Part shown: one piece after another, positions 1 through 14,350 of the stretch
Layout of the letters: each line of letters begins with the position of its first letter
Position numbering within the stretch: the stretch's first letter is position 1
NCBI RefSeq assembly: GCF_009914755.1
Contig: NC_060925.1
Length of the DNA stretch: 64,000 nt
Source of the DNA: the human T2T-CHM13v2.0 reference genome, Homo sapiens
Direction: 5' to 3' (one strand)
The notes under the pieces: model-generated
The model's database searches: none
Seen by the model: only the letters and a program-made list of their open reading frames with translations
What the model was told of the DNA's origin: nothing
Made by a program: the position numbers and the translations under genes

Positions 1-110
1 TAATTTCTCTGAACATCAAGTTCTTCATATAAAAATTCAAATATTAATATATTCTGATTAGGGTTATTATGAGGTTTAAATAAGATAATGTTCATAAAAT
101 ACTTCATAAA
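1..110 (+). mobile_element. MIR SINE fragment (3' part)
   Basis: ttctctgaacatcaagttcttcatataaaaat...agggttattatgaggtttaaataagataatgttcataaa resembles the MIR core and 3' consensus. Confidence 0.6.
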
Positions 111-2639
111 GAGAAGATAATAAAAGCATATAAATGAATGACCAATACAACCAAATTAAATAAAAATCCAAAATCCAAAATAAAACTTTAGAAAATAACA
201 AAAGTTAAATACATAAACAATTGATGCAAGCCATTATTATGAGCTTCGAACAAATTTATTTAAGTGCACAAGGTGGGTGGGAGTCTGCAGGCTGGGCAGT
301 GTTTTGGAGATCAGTCCACAGACAGTAGGGCCCATACATTGGCTAAAGTTCAGAAGAGAGAAGAATGACAGGGAGGACAATCCGGTCAGGAAGATAACTC
401 AGCCAGGACCTAAGAGCAAGGACCAAGGCAAAATATCAGTTCTAGGGACAGGACCGATATAGCAGGTGAGATGACAAGAAGATTGGGCAGGCCCAACACC
501 CAAGGTCTGAAAGTCAGCTGCTGTGATTTAGTGGCAGATGGAGAGGGGTCAGGGCTGTTGCCATGCTGTTGGCCTCACACTGAATGGGCCAGGAGCTGAA
601 GAAGAACAGCACCTCCTTGCTGGTGTGGAGATAAGGGGGCCCAGCTGAACCGAGAGGGTGGGGCCAGGAAGTGGGCCTGATAGGAAGACATTGCTGGCAG
701 GAATGGCAAGAGCAGAGAGGTGTGCATCAATGAGTTAGTAGCAAGGAAGAACAAATCCATAGGCATGGTTGGAAAGGAGAATGTGTCCTAAGGTGGAGGA
801 GTTTGGATTTTATCAAATTGGTCAAAGGAACAACAGTGTAGGAGTTGAACAAAGAAGAAGAGAGAGACAATGAAAAACGTGGCTTGATGAAAACTAGGTT
901 ATTGGCTGGGAGATAGAAGGATTACAAGTATAGAGACAATGAACAAAAAAAACAAAGGACTGCAACTGGGGAGATCAGGGAGGTTGTGATCAGTTCTAGA
1001 TACTACTGTGAAAAGTAAAACATTTGGAACCCAGGCCAGAGTTGGAGCAGGACGGGTCTCTGAGAGTTAGTTCAAGACCCTTTCTTTGCTTGCTCAGGTA
1101 CTTATTCCATTCAATTAATCTTGTGCAGAACAGAGGCTTCCAGAGAGTTCTCCTTTGGATCTACCAACAAAACAGAACTTTTGGTTTGCAGAACTAGGAA
1201 GAAAACATCATCACGAATGGAGGCTCCAGTGGCCTCTTTGTCCCTTTTAGAGTCTCTTACCTCCCAAAGAGCCCACATTCCTGCAGCTGAGGAGCAGAGA
1301 CGTCTGAATGGAGTGTGAGCCCTTCAACCTCTTTCGAACAGCCAGGACTCTCTTAACTGGCATCTCCCTTTGGCAAGATGTTTGAAAATGCGGTGGGAGA
1401 GGAGAGAAAGTTTGGAAGGATGTTAATGAGAGAAAATGAGCTACCGAGAAGGGACCCTTTTCAGCAGAAGTTAGAGGGTGTAGAAGAATAATTGCAGAAT
1501 ATAAATATGCCTTAGAGTGTTAAGTAACAGGATTTTAGCCTCTCTCAAATCATAGGCATCTTCAGGCATTTCTGAGATGCTGTCAACACCCACTCATCAC
1601 TATTTGTCTTTCCCGTGTTGTAGGGCAGTTGGAAAGTGATTTAATAATTATCTCTACTTCCTTACTAGATAGAAAAGTTTTATTGAAGCATAACATGAAA
1701 TGTTAGATTCTCCACAAGGGTAACCTAATATAGTAGACAAGACAGAAAATTATGACTTGAGTTCTAATCTCACGTGGATCCTTTGTAAGTACTAGGACTA
1801 TAGTCTCACGTATCCCTCTGGACTTTTGTTAAATCTATAAAATCATGTTGAAAGATTCCTCATAATTTCAACATTCTATAATTTTGAAATCTACAAAACT
1901 ATAGAAGCAAAAACACAACGGGTCAATACTTTCAACTTAAAAATGGGTCCATTTGCCTTGTTTTTATGAAAAAAAGTTTGGGACTCACTATAATTCAATT
2001 TTACCCATGGAATGAAAGGAATTGTGCTTATGTCTTTGTTTCTAACCTCTGGGTTATTATTTTCTTATGACTCATCAGACTAGTAAATGCACCAGAAAGA
2101 TAAGATGATTTGATTTTTTTCCTATTTTGGATTTCTTGTCCTATATTCTTTTTAAAGATAGATGTATCTTGATTTGAGCTGATTCCAGACTACCACCAGG
2201 AATGTTGATTGAGTCTTAAAGGCAATGAATTTCAGTCTCAAAAAGGATGGATTCTAATTATTTCCAAACTGAGTCCCCTTTATTGTAGCTACTATGACTG
2301 GAGTTCAAGTTATTGGCCTTGTTGTTACCATGGTAATGATAGCTCACATTACTCAACCCAGAAGTAGGCAATTTCACCACATACTAAGTATGTTTTGGAG
2401 GTTAAAATACTCAAAAGAAAATGTGGCCTTTGAGACTGAGCTCTGGAAGATATATCTATTTTTCCTATATAATTTTCTACTTTAAATTAAAATATATTCA
2501 ATCTATTGCCATGACTTCTTTCTCTAAGCAATACAAAGTAATTTATAGAAACTCAGTTTTGATTCTTACCTTTATTATAGAGAAGCTGTCTCTGTGAATT
2601 TCTTACATTCAAAAGGAAATATACTCTATTGGTTCAAGT

Positions 2640-2900
2640 GCTCACTACATGCAAAAACTCACATATAGTGCCTTAAGTGGATTATCTTATTATTAAATAA
2701 GATAATTTTGCAATAGACCCAGAAGATAGGTAATTTAAAAAATCATTTCCATATTACAAATAAAGGAGTTGAAGTACAGAGATTTTAATCAACTTGTCCA
2801 AGGTCACATAACTAGTAACTGGGGGTGTTGGGATTTGAACCCAGGAACTTTGTCACCACTGACCAGAGCCCATATACTTAACCACCTATAGCAATGCCTC
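2640..2900 (-). mobile_element. MIR SINE
   Basis: acttgtccaaggtcacataactagtaactggg...ggatttgaacccagg is the reverse MIR core. Confidence 0.8.
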
Positions 2901-4029
2901 TGGTTAAGGTCCAGCACCTGGCTGTCAATAGCTGGGATTCACCAAGAGCTCATACCTTTTGGCATCCTTTGGCCATGTGATACAGCATGGTAGTGACTTG
3001 GCAACAGAGTATATTTATTTATGGATTAATACTTCTTCTGAAAAAGACAAAGAGCCTAGTAATTTGTGTTTTGTGTATGAACTGTGGCTTTCCCTAATTA
3101 GAAAACTCTTATCATAAAAATTTTTCAAGACAGAAAATAGCTGGCTAGTGATCTTTATGCTATGTGTGTATGTTGCTTGAGGAGTTGGAGAACATGAAAA
3201 GAGAGAAGAGATGCTGAAGCTCTCCCCAGAGCCCAAATGCCCACCACATTTTGAGTAGCCTAAATTGTTCGTCTCTTCCCCATGTATTGAGCAGAAAGAC
3301 AGGAGTTGGGAATGCTCCTGCAGGCACAGTGCTGGGCTTCAGGAGGCCTAAGTCCAATATCCAGCTCTGCAATAGTTGCATACATAACCGAGGATAAGTC
3401 ACTGTACCTCTTTGAGCCTCAGCAAAATGGAGGATGGAATTGGCTGGTGTATAAGTACCTTTTTATCACTAACAATCTCATTTGTGCTTTTAAATGCCCT
3501 CTTCCTTATAGTAAAGATGATGATGATGATGAATCTTGAGTGAGAACAGGATTGAAACTCTGGGCCTCTTCACCAGTTTCATTCCCGGCCTCTCTCAAAA
3601 TACCTCTCTGTCTGTCTGGTCAGGCACACATATTTGCCTGTTGATGATAGTGTGGGCCTAATTGTTTCTCAGAACTTCTATGAGACTGGAGAAAACAGTT
3701 CTAGTAAGAACAGCAGTGAATTGGAAGCAAAAATTTTGTCCCAACTTGTAACTTTGGGTAAGCCCCTTCCTTCAACAAGGCTGATTCCTCCTGACTGTAC
3801 AATAAGGAGTTTGATCATATGCTATCATGAGCTCTTTAGAAGGTTATCTTATGATAAACATATCTGTATTAAAAGTCCATGGAGGTACAAGAGATGTGTC
3901 TTTGCAAAATTTCTCTCTAGAAGTGTTGAAAAGGCTGGCTCTGACATCTCAGTTAACTGTCCCACTATTTGGATGTGGGGTATCAATAATCAATTACCTA
4001 AGAGACATATTTCAGAATAAGATGCATAG

Positions 4030-4380
4030 TTAGTCATTCCAGCCCCCTCATCTCTTATGTGTCCAATTTCTTCAGACTACTCACTTTTCTTACTTCTAAC
4101 TCTTTCTGACTTGTGTTTGCCTTCTACATTGCCACCAATCCTCTTGCCTTAAATATAAATCTGATCACATTGCTTCCATAATTAAAATTGCTCAGTGATT
4201 CACTGAGTGATTTATTGTCTATAGGGTGGGTTCAAACCTTTTAACAAGGCAGAATGGGTCCTTCACCATCCACATTTACTTAGCTGTATCTCTTGCCATT
4301 GCTACTCTCTGTTTCACACTGAAATCGTCATCATTCTTGGAAACCATTGCTATTTATCACCTCTCTATATGTGTTACCTA
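4030..4380 (+). mobile_element. L2 LINE fragment
   Basis: aaatctgatcacattgcttccataattaaaattgctcagtgatt...ttcaaaccttttaacaagg matches the L2 3' region pattern. Confidence 0.55.
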
Positions 4381-4796
4381 CACTAATTTTCCCATCTGTA
4401 AAATGAGAATGCAAATACCCACATTCTTTATGATTATAAACTTAGTAGAGATATAATATGTTATTACTTTAAGAGGTATGCTTAGAATTCCTTTTAGAGA
4501 GTGAGAGCTCTCATCGTTTAAGAAGCAGCTTATAATGGATGTGGTTAGTGTGAAGGTGAGGTTTTTGGAAACACCTTGGATGGGCTAGAGTGAAACTAGG
4601 GAGCTAAACTGCCTTACTTAAAAGGCAATCTCAAAATTAAGGGAGAATTAAGAGGCATTAAAATTAAATGCAACATGTGGACTTTTGTAATTGTGAAAAT
4701 TTGGAGAGCAATTGGATATTTCATGACGTTAAGAAATCACTTTATTTTTAGACGCGGTAATATTTTTTGATGTCCTTATCTTTTAGAGATACATAC

Positions 4797-5338
4797 TATA
4801 TTGGTCAGGGTTCCTGAGAAAGACAGAACCAGTAGGATATACGTATGTAGATAAATAGATATGTGAAAGGGGACTTATTAGGAGAATTGGCTCATGCAAT
4901 TATGGAGGCTGAGAAGTCCTGTGATAGGTCATCTGCAAGTTGGAAGCCCAGGGAAGCTGTTGGTGTTTCTCAGTCCAAGTATAAAGGCTTTTAAACCAGG
5001 AAAGTTAATGGAGTGACTCTCAATCTGAGGCTGAAGTCCTGAGAAGCCGGGAGCTGGTGCAAGTCCCAGAGTCCAAAGGCCAGAGAACCTGGAGTTCTGA
5101 TGTCCAAGGGCAAGAGATAAAAGTACCCCAGCTTCAGGAGAGAGAGAGTGAATTCACCTTTCCTCTGCCTTTTTGTTTTATCTGGGCCCCTAGATACAAC
5201 AAAACAACATTGGATGGTGCCCACCTACATTGAGGGCAGCTCTTGCCCACAGAGTTCACTGACTCACATGCCAATCTCCTCCAGAAACACCCTCACAGAC
5301 ACATCCAGAAATAATGCTTTAACAGCTGTCTAGGTATC
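4797..5338 (-). mobile_element. MLT2 (ERVL) LTR, one end missing
   Basis: tattggtcagggttcctgagaaagacagaacc...ggctcatgcaattatggaggctgagaagtcc...gaaacaccctcacagacacatccagaaataatg. Confidence 0.85.
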
Positions 5339-5862
5339 TGTGTTAGCTAACCAGTGCTGTGTAACAAATTACCACACACTTAGAGGCTTAAAACAACACA
5401 CATGGATTATCTCACAGTTTCTGTGGATCAGGTCTGAACATGCCTTAGCTGGGTTCTCTGCAAGGCTGTAATTAAAGCGTCCAACAGGGCTTGGGTCTTG
5501 TCCAAGGCTTAACTGAGGAAGGATCCACTTCCAAGCTCACGCAGTTGTTGGCAGAATTCAGTGCCTTGCAAGCTACCAGACTGAGGATCTTGGTTTCTTG
5601 CTGGCTGTCAGCTGAAGGCTGCCCTCGGTTCCTTGCCATATAGCCCTTTTAAATGGGATACTCACAACATGGCAGCTGGCTTTTTCCAATCAACAAGGGA
5701 GAGAATCTCCTAGAAGGATGGATATTACAGTCTTATGTACACACAATTGGTTGGGGGGAAGTCACACGTTCTGCCCACACTCATAAGGAGGGAACTACAT
5801 AAAAATAGAAACACCAGAAAATAGGAATGGTGAGAATCACCTTACACTCTGTTCACCATACA
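5339..5862 (-). mobile_element. MLT1 (MaLR, MLT1D/E-like) LTR
   Basis: tgtgttagctaaccagtgctgtgtaacaaattaccacacacttagaggcttaaaacaacaca...ttatctcacagtttctgtgg; ends accataca. Confidence 0.85.
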
Positions 5863-7363
5863 CACTGAATTTTTAATGAATGAAGTATTATTATTCCTGG
5901 GAATAATAATGTGTCTAGGATTTTCTTTAAAATGATCCAGTTATGGTAGGAAGTGAGAGACATTGATTTAAAATTTTAATCACACATTGGCCCTTGTTGA
6001 AGCTAAGTACCCGATTGATTGCACTCTTTTCTTTTGCATCTGTTTGCTAATTTTCATAATAAAATGCAAGGCAATATCAAATACATTATTTGGGAGAAGG
6101 AACTCAGAAACAGGAGGAGTTACAAGGAATATGAGCACCCTAAGAACCCTTGGAGATATTGAGAAGGACCCCAAGTTTCCTAATGTACATAAGAGGGACA
6201 TTCAAGCCCATTTTTACTTAAATGTTAAAAGACAAGATGACTTCAAAAAGCTGGAGAACTTAGGGACAGTCAGGGGCTGACATTTAAGTTATACAAGGCT
6301 TAGAAGAACCACCTGGTATATGATAGGTGTTAATAGTGGGTCACTCTTGTTACTTCCTACAGGCTGCTATTGGAGGTATAGAAATAAGCCCACATGGGTC
6401 TTGTTCTTCTTGAAGACTCTGTCCTTGCTCTTTCTTTCTCTCTCTGCCAGCCTCCATATCATATATTATTTTCATGCCATCTGTAGGATCCACATGGCAC
6501 TAAATCTATTGTAAAGACTTGGTATAATTGAGTCCATGTAAATATACCAATATAACAGAGGAAGTGCTTCCACTGCCCCATAAGTGACATTCAATTGTGC
6601 CCTCTTGATCTCTGACCTTCTCACTAAGATGTAAAGTACCAGAGATGAAGGTTAGTTGATCAACTAGTGATCAACTCTGGCCCTCCATGCTGCCCTCTCA
6701 GTCTCTGGAAGAACAACAGATGGGATCCAGATGGCCATGTTAGTCCACAGTGCTTTAATTAGTGGTACAGTCCTACCAGCAGAGGAGGAAATTTTATAGA
6801 TATTCCTTAGAAGGCCAGTGTTAGGGGAGGGAGGAAAAGGAATGAAGCCTTGCCTCATCACAGAAATCCCTCTCAAATTAGCAAGAACACAAACATGGGT
6901 AATTAGAGGAAATGCATACTGGAGTGCTTGTTGTTATTCCCGTGGCCGCCTGTTAACTTGCGGCACTTATCTCATTAGCAGACGGTGAGAGAATACTCTG
7001 TCCCAGGGTCTTGCACATCCTGGAATTGATGTGCTTTCAGAAATGAACTGGGTGCCGAGAAACTGATCCAAACAGGAAGGAATCAGATGCATTCCGAATC
7101 AGAATCTCTGATGTGTTCCCATGTGGCTTCATTACTTAAGGTAACCAGAGAGTAAGCGGGTGGGAAACAAGGAGGCGGGGTCCTCATTTTAAGAAAAAAT
7201 ATCATCAAGAGCTCAAGGACTCTGGAAGTGAGTCAAATCCCATTGAAATCCCTAATTTGCACATTCAAATTAATCACATGTGAAAAAAATGGAACAGCAA
7301 ATAGTCCACAATGACCTAGAAAGAATTATTTAATGACTTACTGTCTGCAAACTAAATGTTTAA

Positions 7364-7719
<356 letters not shown>

Positions 7720-8276
7720 TTCCCTATTGTCTTCTTATCCCTCATCACACACACACACACACACTCTTTACTTTTTTCCCAGGTTCTCAGTGACTTCTTT
7801 GAATTGAGAAATTATGTATTTCTCTATTACTAAACAATCTATTAATTTCTAACTACTCATTTATTTCCACAAAGATGGATAGAGAGCTTGATATGTGCAA
7901 GTTACTCTGACAGGGGTTGGAAAACAAAGATGAATGAGACATTGACTCTGATTTTTAACAAGCTCATGGTCTAGGCAGAACTTAGAATTTACCATTTTTG
8001 TTTGTTTGTTTTTGAAGGTTTCAAATTTATTTCTTCAATAATGCCATATCTTAAGGGTATACAGTGCTTTCACTTGGCATTGATTATGAGGTATTTTTTT
8101 AAACAATTCAATACTATACCAGCTGGGATGATTACTGATCTCTCCATTTCTTTAGGGTGACTCTGCCAACAGTGGACAGGTTCCCTTTTATTGTGATTTG
8201 TGTTGCTACATATGTCCATACAGCAATACAGATAGTGTCTCCACTAGCTAATACAGCGTTACCGTCTTTATCATGA

Positions 8277-8787
<511 letters not shown>

Positions 8788-8839
8788 TTCAAACTTTACT
8801 TTTAAGGATAAAATAACATGCACCACCAAAATAATATTT

Positions 8840-9125
8840 GTTACTTATTGTGTGCCTACAGTAGATAAGGAACTCACATGTTGTCTCATTTAATCCCCAG
8901 ATAGTCCTACAAAGTATTGATAAAATGATAAATGATTCCCATTTTACATATGAGGGAACAGTTATTGGTAGATTTGGGCAACAGTTCTAAGAACAATGGC
9001 TCTAATATAGTAAGTGCTTACATCTTAGTTGAAGGACATGCATGGGTAAGTCACCCAGCAAGTGAGCAAAGACTCTGAACTTGAATCCGGTTCTACCTTC
9101 CCGTGCTTGTTTTATTACCTGCCAT
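8840..9125 (-). mobile_element. MIR SINE (degenerate)
   Basis: ttacttattgtgtgcc...tctcatttaatcc...cccattttacatatgagggaac. Confidence 0.6.
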
Positions 9126-11717
9126 TTTTTCTTACTCCATCATCTGAATGCTCAGGATAGATGAGGACTTAAACAAAAAGGGGAAAATGTCCCTAAAATT
9201 TTGGGCCATCCTATAGAAACATGTGAGCACTCATGCCCAGCAGAATCACCATACAGCCAATTGAGGTGACACTCTGAGCAGTGACTTAGTGGGATTCTTT
9301 TGCCGTAGGTTAACTAGAGTCTGAGGGGCATACAGCTGTGGAAAAGATGATTTAGTTAATCTGTAGTAAAATAGAACAGAATAGAAATATGCTGTCAGTC
9401 TATAAACACCTTCTCCAACTCCCTTAGCAAAGGGATTCCCTTCTTCCATACCCACCCCTCATATTACCCTTTAGTGATAAGTGTTTTCTTTTTGATTCCC
9501 TGATAATTGAAAGCAGTTTACTTGTTTGGATAAAATGTAAATATGTGGGAGCAGAGAGACAGCTACAGTATGCCCTGTTCAGGGACTCTCACATTATATA
9601 AAGTTCCTGGGCCTGAACCAGAGAGACTCATAATTCAGCCTCCACAGAAACCCTGCTCTGTGGTCAAGCAGCTCAGAACAATAAGCAGATGAAGCCAATG
9701 GAAGTCAAGATTATTTGTTGAGGGAGTCTAGGCTTTTCAGAGGCTTAGGTTTTAGCACCAAGCAGAACGTAAAGAGAAGAAAACTACAGAACGTGAGAGA
9801 TCTGTTTTGGCCCTACCTATTTGTTTTCTTTTTCATTTTGGCTGTTGTTGGGCCCCTTAAGAGGTACCATTTTGGTTCCTTTTGGGTCTTGCTCTTTGCT
9901 GATGATTAGCAATGATATAAGGTGAAAGTTGGTAAGACTTAGGTCTCCCAGAGGTTTGGCATAGAAAAACTGAGAACAAAAGGCTTTGAGACCCAAAGAG
10001 TAAAACTCCAATAATGAACTAATAAGCATTAGGATAGATTTTTGGAACAAAGGATTTACCCAGCACTTCTTTAAGTCACACCATGAAATTGTCTGTTTGA
10101 TTACAAAATCACCTTTCTCATAACTAATATTTTAAGCCCAGAGAAAGAGAGGCATGGATTAAGCAATGAACTCAGAGTCAAGACACCTACGTCTTTTCCA
10201 GACTCTGCTTCTAACTAGCCGTGTGTCTTAGGTGCTGTGAAACCTTAATTTTCTACTTTGTTAAGTGAGTATATTTGACTACATGCTCTAAAATGATCAC
10301 ATTCTCAAATGTTTGTTGTCAGAAGCAACTAATGGAAATGGAGGGTGTCTGGCTCTATCTTAAATTGTAACTGTGACAATTTGAAACCATCTCTTTTTAA
10401 CATGCCTCAGTTTTCTCATCTGGAAAGTATGTCTTTTTAAAAATTCCTTCTTTCTATCCCTGGACTCTTAGTGGTGGACCTGTGTAGGGGAAGGCCCATA
10501 AGTCATCCTGACTTGGCTGACAGTTCTGTTAACAAGCAATCATACAGGTCTGGCAGTCCTCGCCACTCCTAGGTGCTCTACGTAAAAGAGTAAAGAGTTC
10601 TTGCCTGCAGTTCTGGAAGAACTGCCATTTCCCTAACCACACAGGAACATTTAATAGGAATCTAAGTGTTCTATTTGATAAAGACCAATTCAATTCCAGA
10701 TGATTTTGACTACATAAGACTCCTCCCTATTGCATTAACAACAGCGTGTTCTGCCCTAGAAATCCTTTAATATCTACCTGAGACCATCAATTTTCAAATA
10801 CGAGCTTGGATCAGAGCTCTGGCAGGGCAAATAGGAGATACATGGTTTTGCATAAACAGGAGCTTATATTTGGGAAGAATACATTAACCTTTCCCAATGC
10901 AAATGATAAATGCTTTCCACAATCTTGTGACAGCCTGAGCCCTTAAAGGGGCAAGGGACAGTCATTGCCCCTCAAAGTATGCTCTGTGCTCTGCAAGATG
11001 ACCTTAAGGCTAAAAAGGAAGGTTTCCATAATGCCATGTCACTGGGCCAATTTCATTTCTCCTTTTCATTAATGAAGAGTTTATCAGTTCACCAGCCTCA
11101 ATAAGTCTTTCAGGAATTTTTTTTGAATTCAAAGATGGGGATTGTGCAAGACCTGCTTCTGGAGGGATTGTAAGAGAGCACCTAAATATGCTTATTAAGA
11201 AATAAAGAGGATACATTTCTTCTACAAAACTGGTAATAAAATAATTTCATGTAAATATGTATTTTTAAAAAATTAGCCCTTGATATATTCTGTTATGTTA
11301 TTATTAAGATCCAAATAACCTGATGAACATAATTCTCAAATTCTGATGCAGTTAACTATTCCCTGTCAGCGGTAAGTGGATGATGCATACACTCATTTCC
11401 CCATTCTAAAAGGTTCATGTTATTAACTTTTCCTTTATGGACCTTTCCTCTTGACTCAGGGCAATGAAAAGTGAAGGACTTTTGTGGCATCTGACTACCA
11501 GGGTGATCTCCTTCATTTCAGAGCAGAGGGTGGTATGTAAGGGTGCTGGTATGTGTTCATTTTGGATGAGGGAGAGTTTCTAATTACTCACTTTTGAGTG
11601 TAAAAAATACAGACCAGAAATGAGTGACAACCATATTCGGACCATCAATGAATTCATATTAATGGAAGCACTAGGCTCAGGGAAGTTTCTCTTATCATAT
11701 GTGACTACAGATTAGAC

Positions 11718-11900
11718 CAGTGGCTCTCAAAATGTGGTCCCCAGACCAGACCAGCAGCATCAGCATTACCTAGGAACTTATTAAAAATGTAAACTCTCTG
11801 TCCCCACCTAGTGAGTCAGAAACTCTGTTGGTGGGGCCAACAATCTGTAGCTTAACAGGCCCTCCAAGTAATCCTGATGCATGCTAAAGCTTGAATTCTT
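11718..11900. mobile_element. MER5A (hAT-Charlie MITE)
   Basis: cagtggctctcaaaatgtggtccccagacc...agcagcatcagcattacctaggaactt...tgatgcatgctaaagcttga. Confidence 0.85.
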
Positions 11901-11984
11901 ATTCTTTTTGCTCTTCTGGTTTTTCACATCTATCTCGCTGTGCTCACTCCTTCTCATCGCAGTGGCTCATGCTACACAGCCAGG

Positions 11985-12225
11985 GTCAGTGGAAATCAGA
12001 AGTATTGGACTTCAGCCCTAGTTCCTTCTCTAACTAGCTCTAAATCTTTGAGAGAGATTATGCAAACTTCAGTTTCCTTAGCACAAAAAATAATATCATG
12101 ATAACATCTGTTCTGCTGACCTTATAGACTCATATTAGATAAGTATCAAATAAGACACATGAAAGCATTTTAAACTGAAAGGGGTGAGAAAATGTATGGT
12201 AAGAATGATGCTAGTCATGGTTATT
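11985..12225 (+). mobile_element. MIR SINE
   Basis: tcagaagtattggacttcagccctagttcc...aaacttcagtttcctt...aaataagacacatgaaagcattt. Confidence 0.55.
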
Positions 12226-12789
12226 GTGTCTATGTTCTTCTTACACAAAGACTCAGATAAACCCTTCATAGGAAATCAGTCTACATGTATTATGCAGCGT
12301 ATATTAATATTATTTAAAAGACAGTGCTAAAAACTAGGGAGTCTTGAGATAAAGAAGAGATATGACTCTTGCCTTAGCAGAATTTCAAAACTAGTTGGTG
12401 GGAGGCATTATAAGCACATATCATGTATCTTCAAAAGACCTACAACAACACATAATTATTGGGCAGATGGCATGTAGAATCAGGTGTGATTCATTCATTC
12501 CAACGTTGCAGCCTTCTTTGGGTCATAGACCCACCCTTTGAGAATCTCATTTTTAGAATTGTTTAGCACAATAATTCTAGGGATCCTTTACCTAGAAAAG
12601 TGCACCACCTATGCATTACGACTCAAAATATGTGTAAAAATACAATTTTTAGATATTGATAGACTCTCTTGAAATGTACTTACAGACTTCTAGATTAAGA
12701 ACTCCCCTGGTTTTGGAGCAGATAAGAGACAATGATTAGCAAAAAGAAGGAAATTTGGTTTTCCCTGCAAGCTCTTTGAGAATCCTGTG

Positions 12790-13237
12790 GTTGGTAGTCT
12801 CTGGGCTTCTCTTGTGACTCACTTTAACCAACAATAATGGTGGAGTTAATATGGTGCCTGTTCAGGACTGAAGCCATAATAAGGTGCAGAAACTGTGCTT
12901 TTGTGGTTTTGGGAGCCCTAAGCTGCCATATAAGAAGTCTACCTTACTAGAGAGAACATCTAGAGAGGCCAAGTTAAGAGAGAAAGAGAGAGACTCAGTC
13001 CTACCAACAACCCAGATGAACCCAGCCCTGCCAAGGCATGTGAATGAGCCATCTTAAGTGTTCCCACCAGTGACGTCCCCAGATAACTATAGCCCCGGCA
13101 GACTCCATGTGGAGAAGAAATGTCCAGCTGGACACCCAGTCAATTCATAAAATCATGAGAGATAATAAAAACTATTCTTGTGTTAAGCCACTAAGTTTTG
13201 GGTGTGATTTGTTATGCAGCAGTAGATGTCAGAAACA
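12790..13237 (+). mobile_element. MLT1 (MaLR, MLT1F/G/H-like) LTR
   Basis: Typical 3' end aatcatgagagataataaa...ttaagccactaagttttggg...tttgttatgcagcagtagatgtcagaaaca. Confidence 0.8.
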
Positions 13238-14184
13238 AATGGCTAGAACAAAAATAAGAAATTGGGAATTAAATGAATTATGTTCCAAAAATAATGTGAA
13301 GATTAATGGGCCTAGAAGAGTCAACACAGAAATTTATGTGAGAAGTAGGATAGTAGAAATGAGGCATGCCAAGTTCATCCTAGGCTTTAAGAGTTACAGG
13401 AAATTACTGTGTTCTCAGGCATCTCTTGTATCTGGAAGCAGGATGTACGTCACTTTCTAATAGGCTTATCTTTTGGGTGAGGTGGAGTAAAGGGTATTAA
13501 GGGAGATGCAAAAACAATCACAGTCTACACTGATTCATATGTGAAACATGGAACACGGACCCAGGCTTGCTCTAGCCTAGGGAGAGCTTTGCTTTATGAG
13601 CACTGGGGAGGAAGGAAGCATCTGATACTTCTTTGGGTTCCCTATTGGTTCTCACTTGTTTATTCCTATAATTATCAGAAAAAGACCTTGCTTCTAGCTT
13701 TTAGAAAATGGGAGAAACATTCCTCTTTGGAGTAATTCACAAAGACATATTGATTGCCCCTGTTGGAGGCCTTGAAAGAGGATACAGGAAAGGTAAAGAC
13801 TAGAGATCTATTCTTTCATTTGGAATGCAACTATCATCAGCTACTTTTGCAGGACAATGGAGCACTCCCAAAACTGGCACTCAAATTGGCCAATCTGAGC
13901 ACATTACCAGGGCCAGCAATACGTGCAAATTTGAAATTGGAAAAGGGACAGTGCTTGGGATGGCATAAAACTAGGGACAAAGTCAGAAAGTCTTGGATGC
14001 CACTTCTAACATCGTGCCCCAACCACAGCTACTGAGAGCCTACGTGGAGTAATGGCAGAAGTCTTACTCTCAGAGACACTGGAGTTTTGTTCTGGTGCTA
14101 TTATTAATCTTCAACAAGACATTAGCAAGTCACTTCTCTTCTCCAGGCTTCAGTCATCTTATTTGTAAAAGCATTAGACCACAC

Positions 14185-14350
14185 TAATGCTTCTCAAACT
14201 TCAATGTGCAAACAAATCACCTAGGGATCTTGTTAAAGTGTAGATTCTGATATATTAGGTCTAGGGCAGGGTCTGAAATTCTGCATCACTGGCAAGCTTC
14301 TAGATTATGCCAGTGCTGCTGATGAGTGGATCATACTTTGAGTAGCAAGG
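14185..14350. mobile_element. MER5 (MER5B-like) MITE
   Basis: tgcttctcaaacttcaatgtgcaaacaaatcacctagggatcttgttaaag...catactttgagtagcaagg. Confidence 0.8.

Larger units (their letters stand above)
4655..6066 (+). mobile_element. Old L1M (L1MC/ME-type) 3' UTR fragment interrupted by MLT2 and MLT1
   Basis: gtccttatcttttagagatacatac (4772-4796) resumes at actgaatttttaatgaatgaa...tgtgtctaggattttctttaaaat after 5862. Confidence 0.55.

Noticed and set aside
250-760. Possible ancient Gypsy-like LTR (similar purine-rich tracts at about 27600-27830, 56800-57190 and 58800-59450)
   Set aside because: Only a compositional impression; I cannot match a consensus with confidence.
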